Positions 37,663 through 47,990 of a stretch of DNA of 64,000 nt are shown here, in pieces. The notes beneath the pieces were generated by a model. It did no database searches. It had not been told where the DNA came from and saw nothing but the letters and a program-made list of their open reading frames with translations. Source of the stretch: Candidatus Heimdallarchaeum aukensis (GTDB lineage: Archaea > Asgardarchaeota > Heimdallarchaeia > Heimdallarchaeales > Heimdallarchaeaceae); contig CP084166.1 of the NCBI GenBank assembly GCA_021513695.1, forward strand, positions 2,272,001 to 2,336,000, written 5' to 3'. A program made the translations under genes and the position numbers. How positions within the stretch are numbered: the stretch's first letter is position 1; every line of letters begins with the position of its first letter.

Positions 37663-38070
37663 ATGAGTAAAAAAAGAGCAACAAGTTACGAACGAAATCT
37701 GGGTGATAGATTTTGGAAGGAGGGATTCGCTGTTATGCGTGCCCCTTCTTCTTCAGGAACCTCTGTTTTTCCTAGGCCTGATCTACTTGTAGGGTCATCA
37801 AAAAAGAAGAAAATCTTTGCTATCGAACTTAAAACAGCAAGACAAGATACTTTTTACGTTACGAAGAAACAAATAAATGGATTAACTAAATTTTCTGAAA
37901 TCTTTGGGGCAATTCCTATTTTAGCTGTTAAATATGTGTCAAAACGTCTTCCTTTTCTTTTTCTTAAAATCCCTGACGATTTGATTGAAAGTCGAGGAGA
38001 GAGCTACGTCATAAATATAGAACATGTTACTAGGGTTGGAAAAAAATTGGAAGAACTAATTAGTGATTAA
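37663..38070 (+). CDS. hjc: Holliday junction resolvase Hjc
   Basis: SYERNLGDRFWKEGFAVMRAPSSSG…PDLLV…IFAIELK: archaeal Hjc PD-(D/E)xK arrangement. Confidence 0.7.
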   Translation: MSKKRATSYERNLGDRFWKEGFAVMRAPSSSGTSVFPRPDLLVGSSKKKKIFAIELKTARQDTFYVTKKQINGLTKFSEIFGAIPILAVKYVSKRLPFLFLKIPDDLIESRGESYVINIEHVTRVGKKLEELISD

Positions 38071-38179
38071 GTTAGTTTTTCTCTTTTCTTTTTATACTAA
38101 TTTCTTTATTAAAAAACTGACCAACCACTAAATTTAAAACAGTCTTTATGGCGAGGATTTAACCAGAGAAACAGAACGG

Positions 38180-38464
38180 ATGAACACTATGATTACAATA
38201 AAACGAGAAATAAAGTCACCTTTCAGTAATTACGGTTTTGAGAAAACCAGTAGTCAATACCAGGTGATTTTAACTTATTTAGAAACCAATGATGCAGAAA
38301 AGAGAAGAATTGGCTACGCACTTTCTATTCCGAAATTTGATGAATTACCAGATGGGCTTAAAGAAATAGTACGCCAAAAATGGTTTTCCGAACAAAAAAA
38401 AGAAAACTTTGAAAAAGAATTTTGCGCTTTATGTGACAAAGTTTTTCGTTTTCAACCAGAGTAG
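38180..38464 (+). CDS. Small hypothetical protein
   Basis: 94 aa. No motifs. Confidence 0.3.
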   Translation: MNTMITIKREIKSPFSNYGFEKTSSQYQVILTYLETNDAEKRRIGYALSIPKFDELPDGLKEIVRQKWFSEQKKENFEKEFCALCDKVFRFQPE

Positions 38465-38502
38465 TTTGTATTCAAAGAACTTATATTTTTCCTCTTAGTT
38501 TT

Positions 38503-39603
38503 TTGATAAGGTGTGAAAAATACTTGAAAATTCTAAGGCAAGATTATCGTCATGGCTATCTTGAACTAATTCCTGAAACCATAGATGATCTCTATGCTAT
38601 CTATCGTATTCTAAAACCAGGAGATAGAGTGCGTGCTTCAACAAAGAGGAGAATACGTAAAGATTCTGAAGATAGCCGAGCAGATTCTGGGGAAAGAGTC
38701 AAATTAGTTTTAGAAATTAAGGTTGAAAACATTTCCTTTGGAGATAACCTTAGTATTAAAGGACCTATTGTCGCGGGAAATGAAAATCTTATTTCCTTAG
38801 GTGAGTACCACACCATTGCTTTAAAAGAAATGGAAAAAGTCATAATTTATAAGGATCACTGGAATACTTCGGAGAAGCAGATAATTAGCGATATAGAAAA
38901 AGAATCTCGATTAGCTAAAATAGTAATTATTACTCTTGATGAAGGAAGCGTGTGTGTTGCTTTAGTTACACAATTCGCGGTAAAAATTGTTGCTGAAATT
39001 GATCATTCTATCACTCGTAAATTTTCTGATGCAAAACAGCATTCTTCTGCTTTAGGAAAGTTTTTCCAAGAGGTTCTTGAGATCATCAAAGAAGTCTATG
39101 AACAACACAATCCTCAAACGATTATTCTCGCTGGACCTGGCTTTACTCCAGAAAATTTTCTAGATTTTGTTAGAAAAAGAGATAATAGTTTAGCTCAAAA
39201 AATTCAATTTGTTCATGCTAATACTGGAGGACGAGTAGGTTTACATGAAGTTTTGTCCCGCAACCTTCCTGAAAAAATAGCTGAAGAACAAAGAGTAGTT
39301 TACGAAACCAGGTTACTTGAAGAATTCTTTAAGCGTGTAGGTAAAGATACTAACACTGTAACATATGGTTATGACAATGTAAAAAAGGCATTAGAAATGG
39401 GTGCTGTAGATACGTTAATGATTTCAGATGATAAATTGCGGATCTATGACGAAAAAGAGCGAGAAAAAGTTGAACAGCTTATAGAGCTTAATAGACAAAT
39501 GGGTGGAAAAACTGTGTTTTTTTCGACACAACATGAGACAGGAGAAAAGTTAAAATCATTGGGCGGTATCGTAGCGCTATTACGTTATTCAGTTGAGATA
39601 TGA
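38503..39603 (+). CDS. pelA: Pelota / Dom34 mRNA surveillance factor (start likely TTG at 38524, MKIL…)
   Basis: N-terminal LKIL…GYLELIPETIDDLYAIYRILKPGDRV and eRF1-like domains 2 and 3. Confidence 0.75.
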   Translation: MIRCEKYLKILRQDYRHGYLELIPETIDDLYAIYRILKPGDRVRASTKRRIRKDSEDSRADSGERVKLVLEIKVENISFGDNLSIKGPIVAGNENLISLGEYHTIALKEMEKVIIYKDHWNTSEKQIISDIEKESRLAKIVIITLDEGSVCVALVTQFAVKIVAEIDHSITRKFSDAKQHSSALGKFFQEVLEIIKEVYEQHNPQTIILAGPGFTPENFLDFVRKRDNSLAQKIQFVHANTGGRVGLHEVLSRNLPEKIAEEQRVVYETRLLEEFFKRVGKDTNTVTYGYDNVKKALEMGAVDTLMISDDKLRIYDEKEREKVEQLIELNRQMGGKTVFFSTQHETGEKLKSLGGIVALLRYSVEI

Positions 39604-40706
39604 CTTTTTTCAAAAAGGGGATCAAGGTAAGTAATAAACCCATTTTCCATAGGATATTGTTCAATTATAGCTATTTGGGATATCTTATCCTCAAATTTAT
39701 TTTTTAGAATTTCAGCTGTCTCTTTTATTATTAGTGAACTAGTGTAAATTGCCTTTTTTTCTATTTCAGCACTGAGCATGTCTTCAGAAACATATAACTC
39801 ATTTTTCATGTATTCCAATATATCTTTAATATCCTCTTTTTTATCTACAATTATTCTTCCTCTGACAATTAATCCTTCTTTTGTTATCCAGTCATGCTTT
39901 TTAGCATAGTTCTTTGCTCGTCGAATAAATCTATTACGCAGTTGTATTCTGTCTTTATACACTGAAGAGCAAAAATGTAAAGTGATGTTACTCTTTCTAA
40001 ATTTTTTTAATATCTTCAAAGCTAGTTCCTTACTTCCTTTTACTGCAGATTGTGTGTTAGAAACTGGTCTAAAATCCTTTTTCCTTAAGTTCTTGAAATT
40101 TGTTTCAGCAAATTCGAACTCATTTAAATTTACAAAATCTAACTTATTTTTAATTGCAAATTCTACAATATGTTCTATTTCTAATTTCTTTCCCGGTATA
40201 GCTGGTATCTCTATACCTACTTTCCAATTGTGTTTTGCAGCTTCTTTAATCGATTTTTCTATCTCTTCGCTTTTTTTTAATTGAGGAAAATGAAAACGAA
40301 TCTCATCTAGTCCTACACTATAAAGCATTTCCAGTTCTTCATTAGGTATGGCTCTTGCTGTGTAGAGGTGTATATGAAATTCTTTTCCAAATTCTTCTTT
40401 CAATCTCTGAATATAATTTAAAGTCCTTTCAATTTTGAGTGTTGGTTCTCCCCCAGTAATACTCGCTCCTAAAGCATTGATTTGTTTTGCTTCATCTATT
40501 GCTTCCTCCACTGCATCAATTTTTTGCTCATTAGCAAAAATTACGTCTGCTTTTCTTTGTGTACTGACAGGACAATAGTAGCAATTGAAAGGGCATTTAC
40601 CTGTAATAAAAATCACTAATTTAGAACCTAATGCGCATAGTTGACAACCTAAAGGGGGCTTACCCACTATTTTATTCTTTTTTGACCATGTTCGGACTTT
40701 TAACAT
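39585..40706 (-). CDS. Radical SAM protein related to PFL-activating enzymes (COG2108/PflX-like)
   Basis: GCQLCALGSKLVIFITGKCPFNCYYCP: an upstream CxxC plus the CxxxCxxC cluster. Confidence 0.5.
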   Translation of the reverse strand: MLKVRTWSKKNKIVGKPPLGCQLCALGSKLVIFITGKCPFNCYYCPVSTQRKADVIFANEQKIDAVEEAIDEAKQINALGASITGGEPTLKIERTLNYIQRLKEEFGKEFHIHLYTARAIPNEELEMLYSVGLDEIRFHFPQLKKSEEIEKSIKEAAKHNWKVGIEIPAIPGKKLEIEHIVEFAIKNKLDFVNLNEFEFAETNFKNLRKKDFRPVSNTQSAVKGSKELALKILKKFRKSNITLHFCSSVYKDRIQLRNRFIRRAKNYAKKHDWITKEGLIVRGRIIVDKKEDIKDILEYMKNELYVSEDMLSAEIEKKAIYTSSLIIKETAEILKNKFEDKISQIAIIEQYPMENGFITYLDPLFEKSHISTE

Positions 40707-40797
40707 CTGTTAAATAACAAACTTGGACAATATTATAAAGTATAGGATTTGTTTCTTCCAAAAAAGACTTATTGGTATCCTCCTTTTTTTCCTTAAT

Positions 40798-41743
40798 GAA
40801 ATGTACATTTTGCGGGACTGATGAAGTTGTCTACGTTCGTCCATATGATAAAATTGCCTTGTGCAAAGAACATTTCAACGAGCAGTTTGAAAGGAGAGTT
40901 AAGCGAACAATTAATCGTTATAAAATGTTTCAACGAAAAGACAAAATTGCAGTAGGAGTTTCTGGAGGAAAAGATAGTATAGCACTTCTTGATACACTTG
41001 TAAAAATCGAAAAGAATTTTCCCGAAAGTGAAATTATTGCTATAACAATAGATGAAGGTATTGAAGGATACAGAGAAGAAGGTTTGTATTACGCTAAAAA
41101 ACACGCAAAAAGGCTTAACGTTGAACACCATATCTTTTCTTTTGAAGAAGATTTTGGTTATTCTTTAGATGAAATTATAGCCATTTTAGGAGAGAGAGGA
41201 GGAAAAAACCGCGCTTATGGAGCTTGTTCATATTGTGGAATTTTACGAAGAAAAATACTTAATGCCGCAGCTAAAACAGTTGGGGCAAATGTAGTCGCAA
41301 CTGGACACAACCTTGAAGATGAAGCTGAAACAGTTCTTTTGAATATAATACGAGGAGATGTCAATCGTTTAAGCAGACAAAGTCCTTTCCCTAAGAAAGT
41401 TCACAAGGATTTAGTTCCAAGAGTGAAACCCTTTAGACTTACTCCTCAAGCAGAAATTGTAATGTATATGATTGTTAATGAATTAGAATATCAGGAAGTT
41501 GCATGCCCATATGCAGTTGAGGCATATAGAGGAAATGTTCGTGATTTTATATTTGAATCACAAAATTCACAACCCATGCTTTCGTTCAATATTGTGAAAG
41601 CTCAAGATAAACTAGTTCCATACTTAACAAGAAATAGAGATGAAACTAAAGCAAAAATTAAAAGTTGTAAAATGTGCGGTGATCCTTCTGCTAGTGAAAT
41701 ATGCAAGGCATGTAGCCTGAAAGAACAATTGTCTAATCTTTGA
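40798..41743 (+). CDS. ncsA: tRNA 2-thiolation protein NcsA (Ncs6/Ctu1 homologue)
   Basis: PP-loop VGVSGGKDS. N-terminal and C-terminal Zn fingers (CTFCG…CKEH; CKMCG…CKAC). Start at ATG 40798 (MKCTFCG). Confidence 0.7.
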
Positions 41744-41762
41744 GAAAAAAATAGAAAAGAAG

Positions 41763-42404
41763 TTATCCTAAAGGAGCTCCGCAATTTGCACAAAAACTGT
41801 AAGAAGATTTTTGTTTTGCTCCACAATTGTCACAATAGACGAAACTTTCTGTTTTTTTAACAGTCTTTGAGGTGTAGGGTTGTGCATAAGCTGAAGAACT
41901 TGTGGGCGCGCTTGATACTCCAGTTTTTGCAGCTCCACCGTAAGGCTGGTATCCAGTGCTTTCATAATTCGCTGCTCTTATTACAGAACGAATAATTGAG
42001 CCTGCAATTATAAATATGAAAATAAATACAATAATTGGTACTATAAATGAAGTTTCATAAGATGTCGCAAGTGTGGATACAATTATTATTATGAAAATAA
42101 ACGCAATGAACATAAATATAGGCAAAAAGCAGAATCCACTGAAATAATGTCCGTGTCTATAGTGTCTTCGTCTATAATAGGGATAGATACCCCAACCTGC
42201 TCTGTGGTAGTGACGACTACTTGTATGTCTTCGTGTACTTCCAGCTCTTATTAATGAACCACTGGAGCGATGAAATGATCCTCCTCCTCTTGTTATTGAT
42301 CTTCCAAATGAAGAAGAACCTATTCGACTAAACGATCTACCACCAAAGCTTCTAGCTCCGCTGAAGCCTCCACCTGTTCTTGATATTCTTGGCATAACTA
42401 CCAC
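41763..42404 (-). CDS. RG/S-rich low-complexity, TM, C-terminal Zn-ribbon protein
   Basis: N-terminal GGGFSGARSFGGRSF… repeats with a Tyr/His/Arg-rich stretch. Two hydrophobic helices. C-terminal CDNCGAKQ…CANCGAP Zn ribbon. Confidence 0.45.
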   Translation of the reverse strand: MVVMPRISRTGGGFSGARSFGGRSFSRIGSSSFGRSITRGGGSFHRSSGSLIRAGSTRRHTSSRHYHRAGWGIYPYYRRRHYRHGHYFSGFCFLPIFMFIAFIFIIIIVSTLATSYETSFIVPIIVFIFIFIIAGSIIRSVIRAANYESTGYQPYGGAAKTGVSSAPTSSSAYAQPYTSKTVKKTESFVYCDNCGAKQKSSYSFCANCGAPLG

Positions 42405-42539
42405 GATACTATTTTTTTTGGAAGAATATAAAGTCTTCTAAATAGATTGACAAAAATGATAATTATAAAAGAATATTTAATATGGTAGAAAACAAAATCA
42501 TAATGTTTAAAATCTCTTTACTTTTTCTAACATAAGAAG

Positions 42540-42878
42540 ATGCTGAGCTGATAGCAACAGCTAAAGTGGGAAGCTAGGGCTCTCCTGTAACCGGAAACGC
42601 TCTATATGCCGGGCTGAAAACTGCTGCTGAGGGCTCGTCGAGGAAGATACGCTCTGTCTGGAAAGCGTCGAAGCATCGCCCCATGAGATTGTGCACACCC
42701 GAGGCGCCTTTGGAGGAAGGTGTTAGAAGGGTTGAGATCAAAAAGGGTCAGGCACGGAAGTGAGCAGCCCTAAGATCGATGCATGATGCCCATGGCAAGC
42801 GGTGTGGAGCTTAAGGGCAGTAAAACGGCTTCCAAAACGGGTTCGAACAGCAGGCTGCTAAGATTAGTTCAGCAGTCT
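42540..42878 (+). ncRNA. ffs: Signal recognition particle RNA (archaeal 7S-type)
   Basis: GC-rich island in an AT-rich genome. Alu-domain motif CCTGTAACCGGAAACGC…ATATGCCGGGC. Helix-8 motif GGTCAGGCACGGAAGTGAGCAGCC. Terminal helix GCTGAGCTGA/TTAGTTCAGC. T-tract after the 3' end. Confidence 0.65.
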
Positions 42879-42977
42879 TGTATTTTTTATTTAAGGAAAG
42901 AGTAAAATTAATTCTTTCTACAGCAACCAAAAAGTTATTTTATTAATATACCTTAACCTATCAAAGAAGAAAATAAG

Positions 42978-44132
42978 ATGGTCGTTATGAGTGGATATAG
43001 CCCTACTTGGACTTCAAAAGGCTCTGACAAATTAAGGATCCTTCAAGTCACAAAGATACTAATGAATATAATAGATAGATTGATCAATTCGATTGACGTA
43101 ACTGATGAAAAAACAAGAAATATGGTTGAAGGAATAATAGCGAACACAATTTATAATTATTTTACACCAAACAAAGATTTAGCGATCGAAAAACAGTATG
43201 AATATCTACTAGAATTCTTAGGTTGGAAATTAATTTCTATCGAAAAAAAAGATGATGATTCACTCTCATTAAGTTTAGGTGCAAATCGTTTTATTGATGA
43301 AGAAACAGATAATTTAGCATATAACGCAATTGTTTTAGGCATTGCAAAATCTATTGGATATTTCATTTTCAATAAAGATGTTAAAGTAGAATTGATGGTA
43401 AGTCAGTTTGATTCGACTCAAATAACTGCTCTAATTGAGCGAACTGATAAAGAAATAGCTGTTGAAACTCAAGAAAAGTTAGGTATTCAAATCTCAAAAG
43501 AAGAAGGAGAATTAGGAATCGAACAGAAACAAGCTCCAGCTACCAAAAAAACTCCTGCAATTGAAGTTAAGCCTGAATTAGAATTAGATGTTAAATCTAT
43601 ATTTTCTCCTATTCTTCAGAATTATCCACCCACATCAATTTTGCCTGTATTTCATAAAGTTTTATCTGAAATTGTTACAAGCTTCTTTTCAGAGATTGAA
43701 GACAGTCAAGTAATTAATGCAAAGGCATCGTATTCCGAAATAAACACCGTTTTCTTAATAGAATTTATACTTAGAACCTTACCAACTATTGGAAAAGATG
43801 TGAGTGAGATTGCTACTCTCGCAGGGCAATATCTAATTAAAGCTATACTTACAAAAACACCTGATGATATCATAAAATATTTACCAAAAGAACTTCTTTC
43901 TGAAATCTCTAGACGTGTATCTTATGTTGAATTTGGTGCGCGAGATTATTGTTCTTATGCTCCAGGAGAACGATGTGTTGAAGGGAAAAGAGATTTATGC
44001 GACTTTGTTCTATTTCTTTGGCAAGGAATGTTAGATTCTCTCATTCCTGAAAAAAAATTCAAACTTGGAGAACGCATTCCGGCAACAAGAAGAGGAAAAT
44101 TCTGTTTGGTGGAATTTATAAAACAACAGTAG
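42978..44132 (+). CDS. Hypothetical protein; C-terminal Cys-containing region with faint V4R-like character
   Basis: 384 aa. C-terminal CSYAPGERCVEGKRDLCDFVLFLWQG. Confidence 0.35.
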   Translation: MVVMSGYSPTWTSKGSDKLRILQVTKILMNIIDRLINSIDVTDEKTRNMVEGIIANTIYNYFTPNKDLAIEKQYEYLLEFLGWKLISIEKKDDDSLSLSLGANRFIDEETDNLAYNAIVLGIAKSIGYFIFNKDVKVELMVSQFDSTQITALIERTDKEIAVETQEKLGIQISKEEGELGIEQKQAPATKKTPAIEVKPELELDVKSIFSPILQNYPPTSILPVFHKVLSEIVTSFFSEIEDSQVINAKASYSEINTVFLIEFILRTLPTIGKDVSEIATLAGQYLIKAILTKTPDDIIKYLPKELLSEISRRVSYVEFGARDYCSYAPGERCVEGKRDLCDFVLFLWQGMLDSLIPEKKFKLGERIPATRRGKFCLVEFIKQQ

Positions 44133-44142
44133 GTGTGAAAAA

Positions 44143-44604
44143 ATGGGTAGAAAAACAATAAAAAAAACATATAAGGATACATATGCAAGAGGACAAGTTG
44201 ATAAAAGTGAATTTCAAGGTAGATATTTTGTTAAAATAGAGCTTGTATCTCTGAAGGTACTGGAAGATAAAGATTTACTTGGAAATGAAAGTGAATTTTA
44301 TTTTAAAGTGGGAAGAATGTTACACAAGCATCGAATTCCTCAGAAAGGTACTATTAATTTAGAGAAAAATGAGGTTTTTCAGCCAACAGATGGGTTGACT
44401 TTATATACACAATTTATTCATAAACCTGAAAGGGGAACAATTGTGGTTCCTTTTCGTCTACGCGAAAGAGATCCATTGAAGGTGGATGACCACATTATTA
44501 AAACTAAGTTATCTATTCCTCTAGGATCTTCTGATTATATAGTTCTGGTAGAAAAATCTGTAAAAGTAAAACTAAAAATTTCAGCTTTGGAAACTCGATA
44601 CTAA
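44143..44604 (+). CDS. Hypothetical beta-rich protein
   Basis: 153 aa. SD-like GGTGTGA before the ATG. 10-bp gap to the upstream gene. Confidence 0.35.
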   Translation: MGRKTIKKTYKDTYARGQVDKSEFQGRYFVKIELVSLKVLEDKDLLGNESEFYFKVGRMLHKHRIPQKGTINLEKNEVFQPTDGLTLYTQFIHKPERGTIVVPFRLRERDPLKVDDHIIKTKLSIPLGSSDYIVLVEKSVKVKLKISALETRY

Positions 44605-44616
44605 AATAACAAATTC

Positions 44617-45828
44617 TTACCATTTATTTTTTTTAAAAATAAATTTCAACCCTGTTTTCATGAAGAAAGGCCAAAGTTCTAATTTTGTTAATAACTTCCA
44701 AACTATGGCCTGTTGATTATCTACATCTCCTTTAGATGTAAATATTTGTTTATACTTTGGTTTATTGAATATTTTTAGTAGATTATCGATGTCTTTGTCA
44801 TCTAAAGAATCTAAATATTGTCTAACAAGCTTCATTATGAAAAGATTTCTAGCAAATTCCTTTTTCCACCTTTTTTCATACTGCTTTAGGAATGATTTTT
44901 TATAATTTTCTTCGATTATTGCTTTTGCAGCTATCTCTCCCGCAATTCTGGCTGCTATACCCCCTAAAATTACACCGCCCCCTGTCGTAGGTTTCGTCTG
45001 TCCTGCTGCATCTCCAACAACTAAGATATTATCAGTATAGCTTCTGTTAATATAAGATCCTAATGGTATCGCTCCACTCATTTCTCTCAAAATTTTTGCA
45101 GAATAAAATCTCTCCTTCAATAGTTCGCTATTTATAAAATTTCTCAAATATTTTTTTGCTGGTCGATATCTAGTTCCTATTCCTACCTTTGCCACACTAT
45201 TGTCTATTGGAATAATCCACCCAAAGAAACCTGGGGCATATTTTGATATCTGATATAACTCCACATATCTTTTATCTAAATTTTCTATACCATCAATTAT
45301 AAATTGCGAAGCAAAGATTATCTCATCAGGATTAGATAATCCGACTTGAGAATTAAGTTTAGGAAATCTTCCTTCTGCTAGAATCGAAACTTTAGTTGTT
45401 ATTCTACTCTCTTTAGCTTGTTTTCCTAACACTAATTCAATATTTTCTGATTTTCTGTGTATATTTTTAACCCTTGAATTTGTTCTTATTTCTATTCCAT
45501 TATCATGTGCAATTGATGCCAAATATCTGTTAAACTTACTTCTATCTACTACAAGTGCATGATTTGAATTTTTTTCAACTACTAACTCTGTTCCATTAGC
45601 AGAAAATATTTTGGCTCCTATTATTTCCTTGTTTTGAATAATTTCTGATGGTAATTTGTTGAGACCTATTTTTTCTAACCCTTCTATACTTAGTAATCCT
45701 GCACAGTGTTCAGTAATTCCTATTTCTTTTTTGGATTCAAGTACTAGAACATCTACATCATATTTACTCGCTTCAATTGCAGATAGTAGTCCAGCTGGTC
45801 CTCCACCAATAACAACGATTTTTTTCAT
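44617..45828 (-). CDS. Geranylgeranyl reductase family FAD-dependent oxidoreductase
   Basis: N-terminal KKIVVIGGGPAGLLSA (FAD Rossmann), GDAAG motif, ~400 aa. Confidence 0.75.
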   Translation of the reverse strand: MKKIVVIGGGPAGLLSAIEASKYDVDVLVLESKKEIGITEHCAGLLSIEGLEKIGLNKLPSEIIQNKEIIGAKIFSANGTELVVEKNSNHALVVDRSKFNRYLASIAHDNGIEIRTNSRVKNIHRKSENIELVLGKQAKESRITTKVSILAEGRFPKLNSQVGLSNPDEIIFASQFIIDGIENLDKRYVELYQISKYAPGFFGWIIPIDNSVAKVGIGTRYRPAKKYLRNFINSELLKERFYSAKILREMSGAIPLGSYINRSYTDNILVVGDAAGQTKPTTGGGVILGGIAARIAGEIAAKAIIEENYKKSFLKQYEKRWKKEFARNLFIMKLVRQYLDSLDDKDIDNLLKIFNKPKYKQIFTSKGDVDNQQAIVWKLLTKLELWPFFMKTGLKFIFKKNKW

Positions 45829-45881
45829 TAAGAATGAAGAAAACTAACTATTCAAAAATAATGTTGTCCTATTATAAAAAA

Positions 45882-46805
45882 TTAAAAAGCTAGTTCTAAC
45901 TCATCTACAGCTTTTATTTCATTTTGTTTAATGATGTGCTTTTCCCATGTTTCTGTGTCGATAGCCAACTTTAGAACTTCCTCGAATTCTATTCTTTTGT
46001 TATAGTCTTGAAATATCTCAATAGCTTTGTTTTCATTTTCTTTAATCCACTCGTTAGAAAAATTAGATAGAAATTCAGTAAATATCTGGTAAGCTTTTAT
46101 TTTTTCTTTATTTGTTGTTAAAACGATTGTAAACGCTTTTTCTATTTTTCTAATGAGGACTATGATGTGCTCTGATTCTATTTCAGTTAAATCTCCTAGA
46201 CCATATTGCTGACTCATGTTCAGTATTGCAGAAATAAAAGCGACTAATAAAACAGCATCATAAGGTAAAGATTGGGTAATTAGCAGATACAAAGGTTGTC
46301 CATCTTCATTTGCAATCAATATGTCTAAATCCTTTAGAACCAAGCCAAACGATGTAAATATTTTTTCGTTACCAACTTTTATTTTTTCAATATTTGTTCT
46401 TTTGTTTACAACTAAATTTAGTGATCTCGCAAAATTACTCACTTGCTTTCTCTCATATTCTATAGTCTTTTTATCTTCCATTATGTCATTTATAGAACTA
46501 CTTTTGACCCATGCAAATTGTTGACGAAAGATTTTTACTACTTTTTTGACTACTGTTGAATAATAATCCTTTTTCTTGACGATAACTAAAAAATAATCAT
46601 TTACTGCTTCATAAATAACTTCATTTTCTCCAAAAATGACTTTTTTTGGTATTTTTTCTCCTAATTCTGTAGTAAGTGTTGTCACAGCACTTATGAAACT
46701 TATAAGGGACGCTTTGATTTCCCTGTTAGACCAGGTTCCATGATAGATTCTGTAAAACCTACATGAACCGTTTCTTTTTAGTATCAAAATGGCCTTGATT
46801 AACAC
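45882..46805 (-). CDS. Hypothetical protein with N-terminal longin-like domain
   Basis: IKAILILKRNGSCRFYRIY…ENEVIYEAVNDYFLVIVKKKDYYSTVVKKVVKIFRQQF fits the longin pattern. The second half may repeat the fold. Confidence 0.4.
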   Translation of the reverse strand: MLIKAILILKRNGSCRFYRIYHGTWSNREIKASLISFISAVTTLTTELGEKIPKKVIFGENEVIYEAVNDYFLVIVKKKDYYSTVVKKVVKIFRQQFAWVKSSSINDIMEDKKTIEYERKQVSNFARSLNLVVNKRTNIEKIKVGNEKIFTSFGLVLKDLDILIANEDGQPLYLLITQSLPYDAVLLVAFISAILNMSQQYGLGDLTEIESEHIIVLIRKIEKAFTIVLTTNKEKIKAYQIFTEFLSNFSNEWIKENENKAIEIFQDYNKRIEFEEVLKLAIDTETWEKHIIKQNEIKAVDELELAF

Positions 46806-46913
46806 TGTTTTTCACTTTGTTTTATTTTCTTTATTTATCACTTTTTTTATAGTCTCAGTTTTTATGTGCGCAGTTTAAAAAAGTATAAATTGGTTTTTTC
46901 TAATTATAACTAA

Positions 46914-47990
46914 TTAATCAATAATATAAACTGATGAAGCTTTGAAGATTGCGCATATTTCTTTTCCTTTCTTTATATCTAACTTTCTTTTTGATGTTCT
47001 CGTAATTACAGATGTAATCTCTATTCCACAATCCAGTACTACTTTCACATTTGATGATAAGTTTTCAATGATTTCAACAACTTTGCCCTCAAAACAATTT
47101 CTTGCACTGGTGAAATCCATTTTTTTAGGAGAAAGTATAATGTCCTCTGGTCGTATTGTTATAGTTATTTTTTGATTCGGTTTGAGTTTAAGATCATCAG
47201 ATAAAAATATCTTAATTTTCTTATTAGCATTTTCTGGAATAAAAAAAGTGAGATTCTCTTCATGATAAATAGTTCCTGAAAAAATATTCTCAAAATTAAA
47301 AAACTCTGCAATAAATTGAGATTTAGGATCCTCTATTATATCTTCAGGAGTGGCAAATCGTTCTATTTGTCCATTATTTAGTATTATGACTTTATTTGCT
47401 AATTCTGTTGCATCACCAATATTATGAGTAACATAAATAATTGTTTTATTGTAAACCTCTTTCGCTTTTTTAAGTAGTTTTATTATCTCTCTAGCTTTTC
47501 TTCTATCAACTCCAGAAAGAGGTTCATCCAATAAAATCAGTGGAAAATCAAGAATTAAAGCTCTGGCAATCGATATCCTATGCGCTTCTCCTCCAGACAA
47601 ATTTTTAGGTAATCGATTCCTCTTTTCTTCTAATCCCATGAATTCAAGAATGTCGTTAATTCTTTTTTCTCGTTCTTCTTTTGGAAAGTGATTAAGAATA
47701 AGTGCATATTCAAGATTTTCCTGAACTGTCATGTGAGGAAATAGTGTCGGTTTTTGTGGTACATAAGCTATTTGCCTTTTATTTAGAGGAAGGTAGGTGA
47801 TATCTTTCCCTCTGTAAACAATAGTCCCTTCGTTAGGAGAATAAATACCAAGGATAGTTTTTAGTAAAGATGTTTTTCCACTTCCAGAGGGCCCCAAAAT
47901 AACTATTGAATCATTTTTGGAGGCAGAAAATGTTATATCCTTTAACTCAAATTTTCCTAGAGTTAATCTAATTGAATTCACTTTTAACAT
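46914..47990 (-). CDS. wtpC: Molybdate/tungstate ABC transporter ATP-binding protein (ModC/WtpC) with C-terminal TOBE/MOP domain
   Basis: Walker A GPSGSGKTS, signature LSGGEAHR, Walker B ILLDEP, C-terminal MOP-like beta domain. Confidence 0.8.
   Translation of the reverse strand: MLKVNSIRLTLGKFELKDITFSASKNDSIVILGPSGSGKTSLLKTILGIYSPNEGTIVYRGKDITYLPLNKRQIAYVPQKPTLFPHMTVQENLEYALILNHFPKEEREKRINDILEFMGLEEKRNRLPKNLSGGEAHRISIARALILDFPLILLDEPLSGVDRRKAREIIKLLKKAKEVYNKTIIYVTHNIGDATELANKVIILNNGQIERFATPEDIIEDPKSQFIAEFFNFENIFSGTIYHEENLTFFIPENANKKIKIFLSDDLKLKPNQKITITIRPEDIILSPKKMDFTSARNCFEGKVVEIIENLSSNVKVVLDCGIEITSVITRTSKRKLDIKKGKEICAIFKASSVYIID

Noticed and set aside
42978-44604. Possible defence or toxin module after the SRP RNA
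   Set aside because: The two hypothetical proteins have no recognisable nuclease, ATPase or toxin motifs by eye. Left as hypotheticals.
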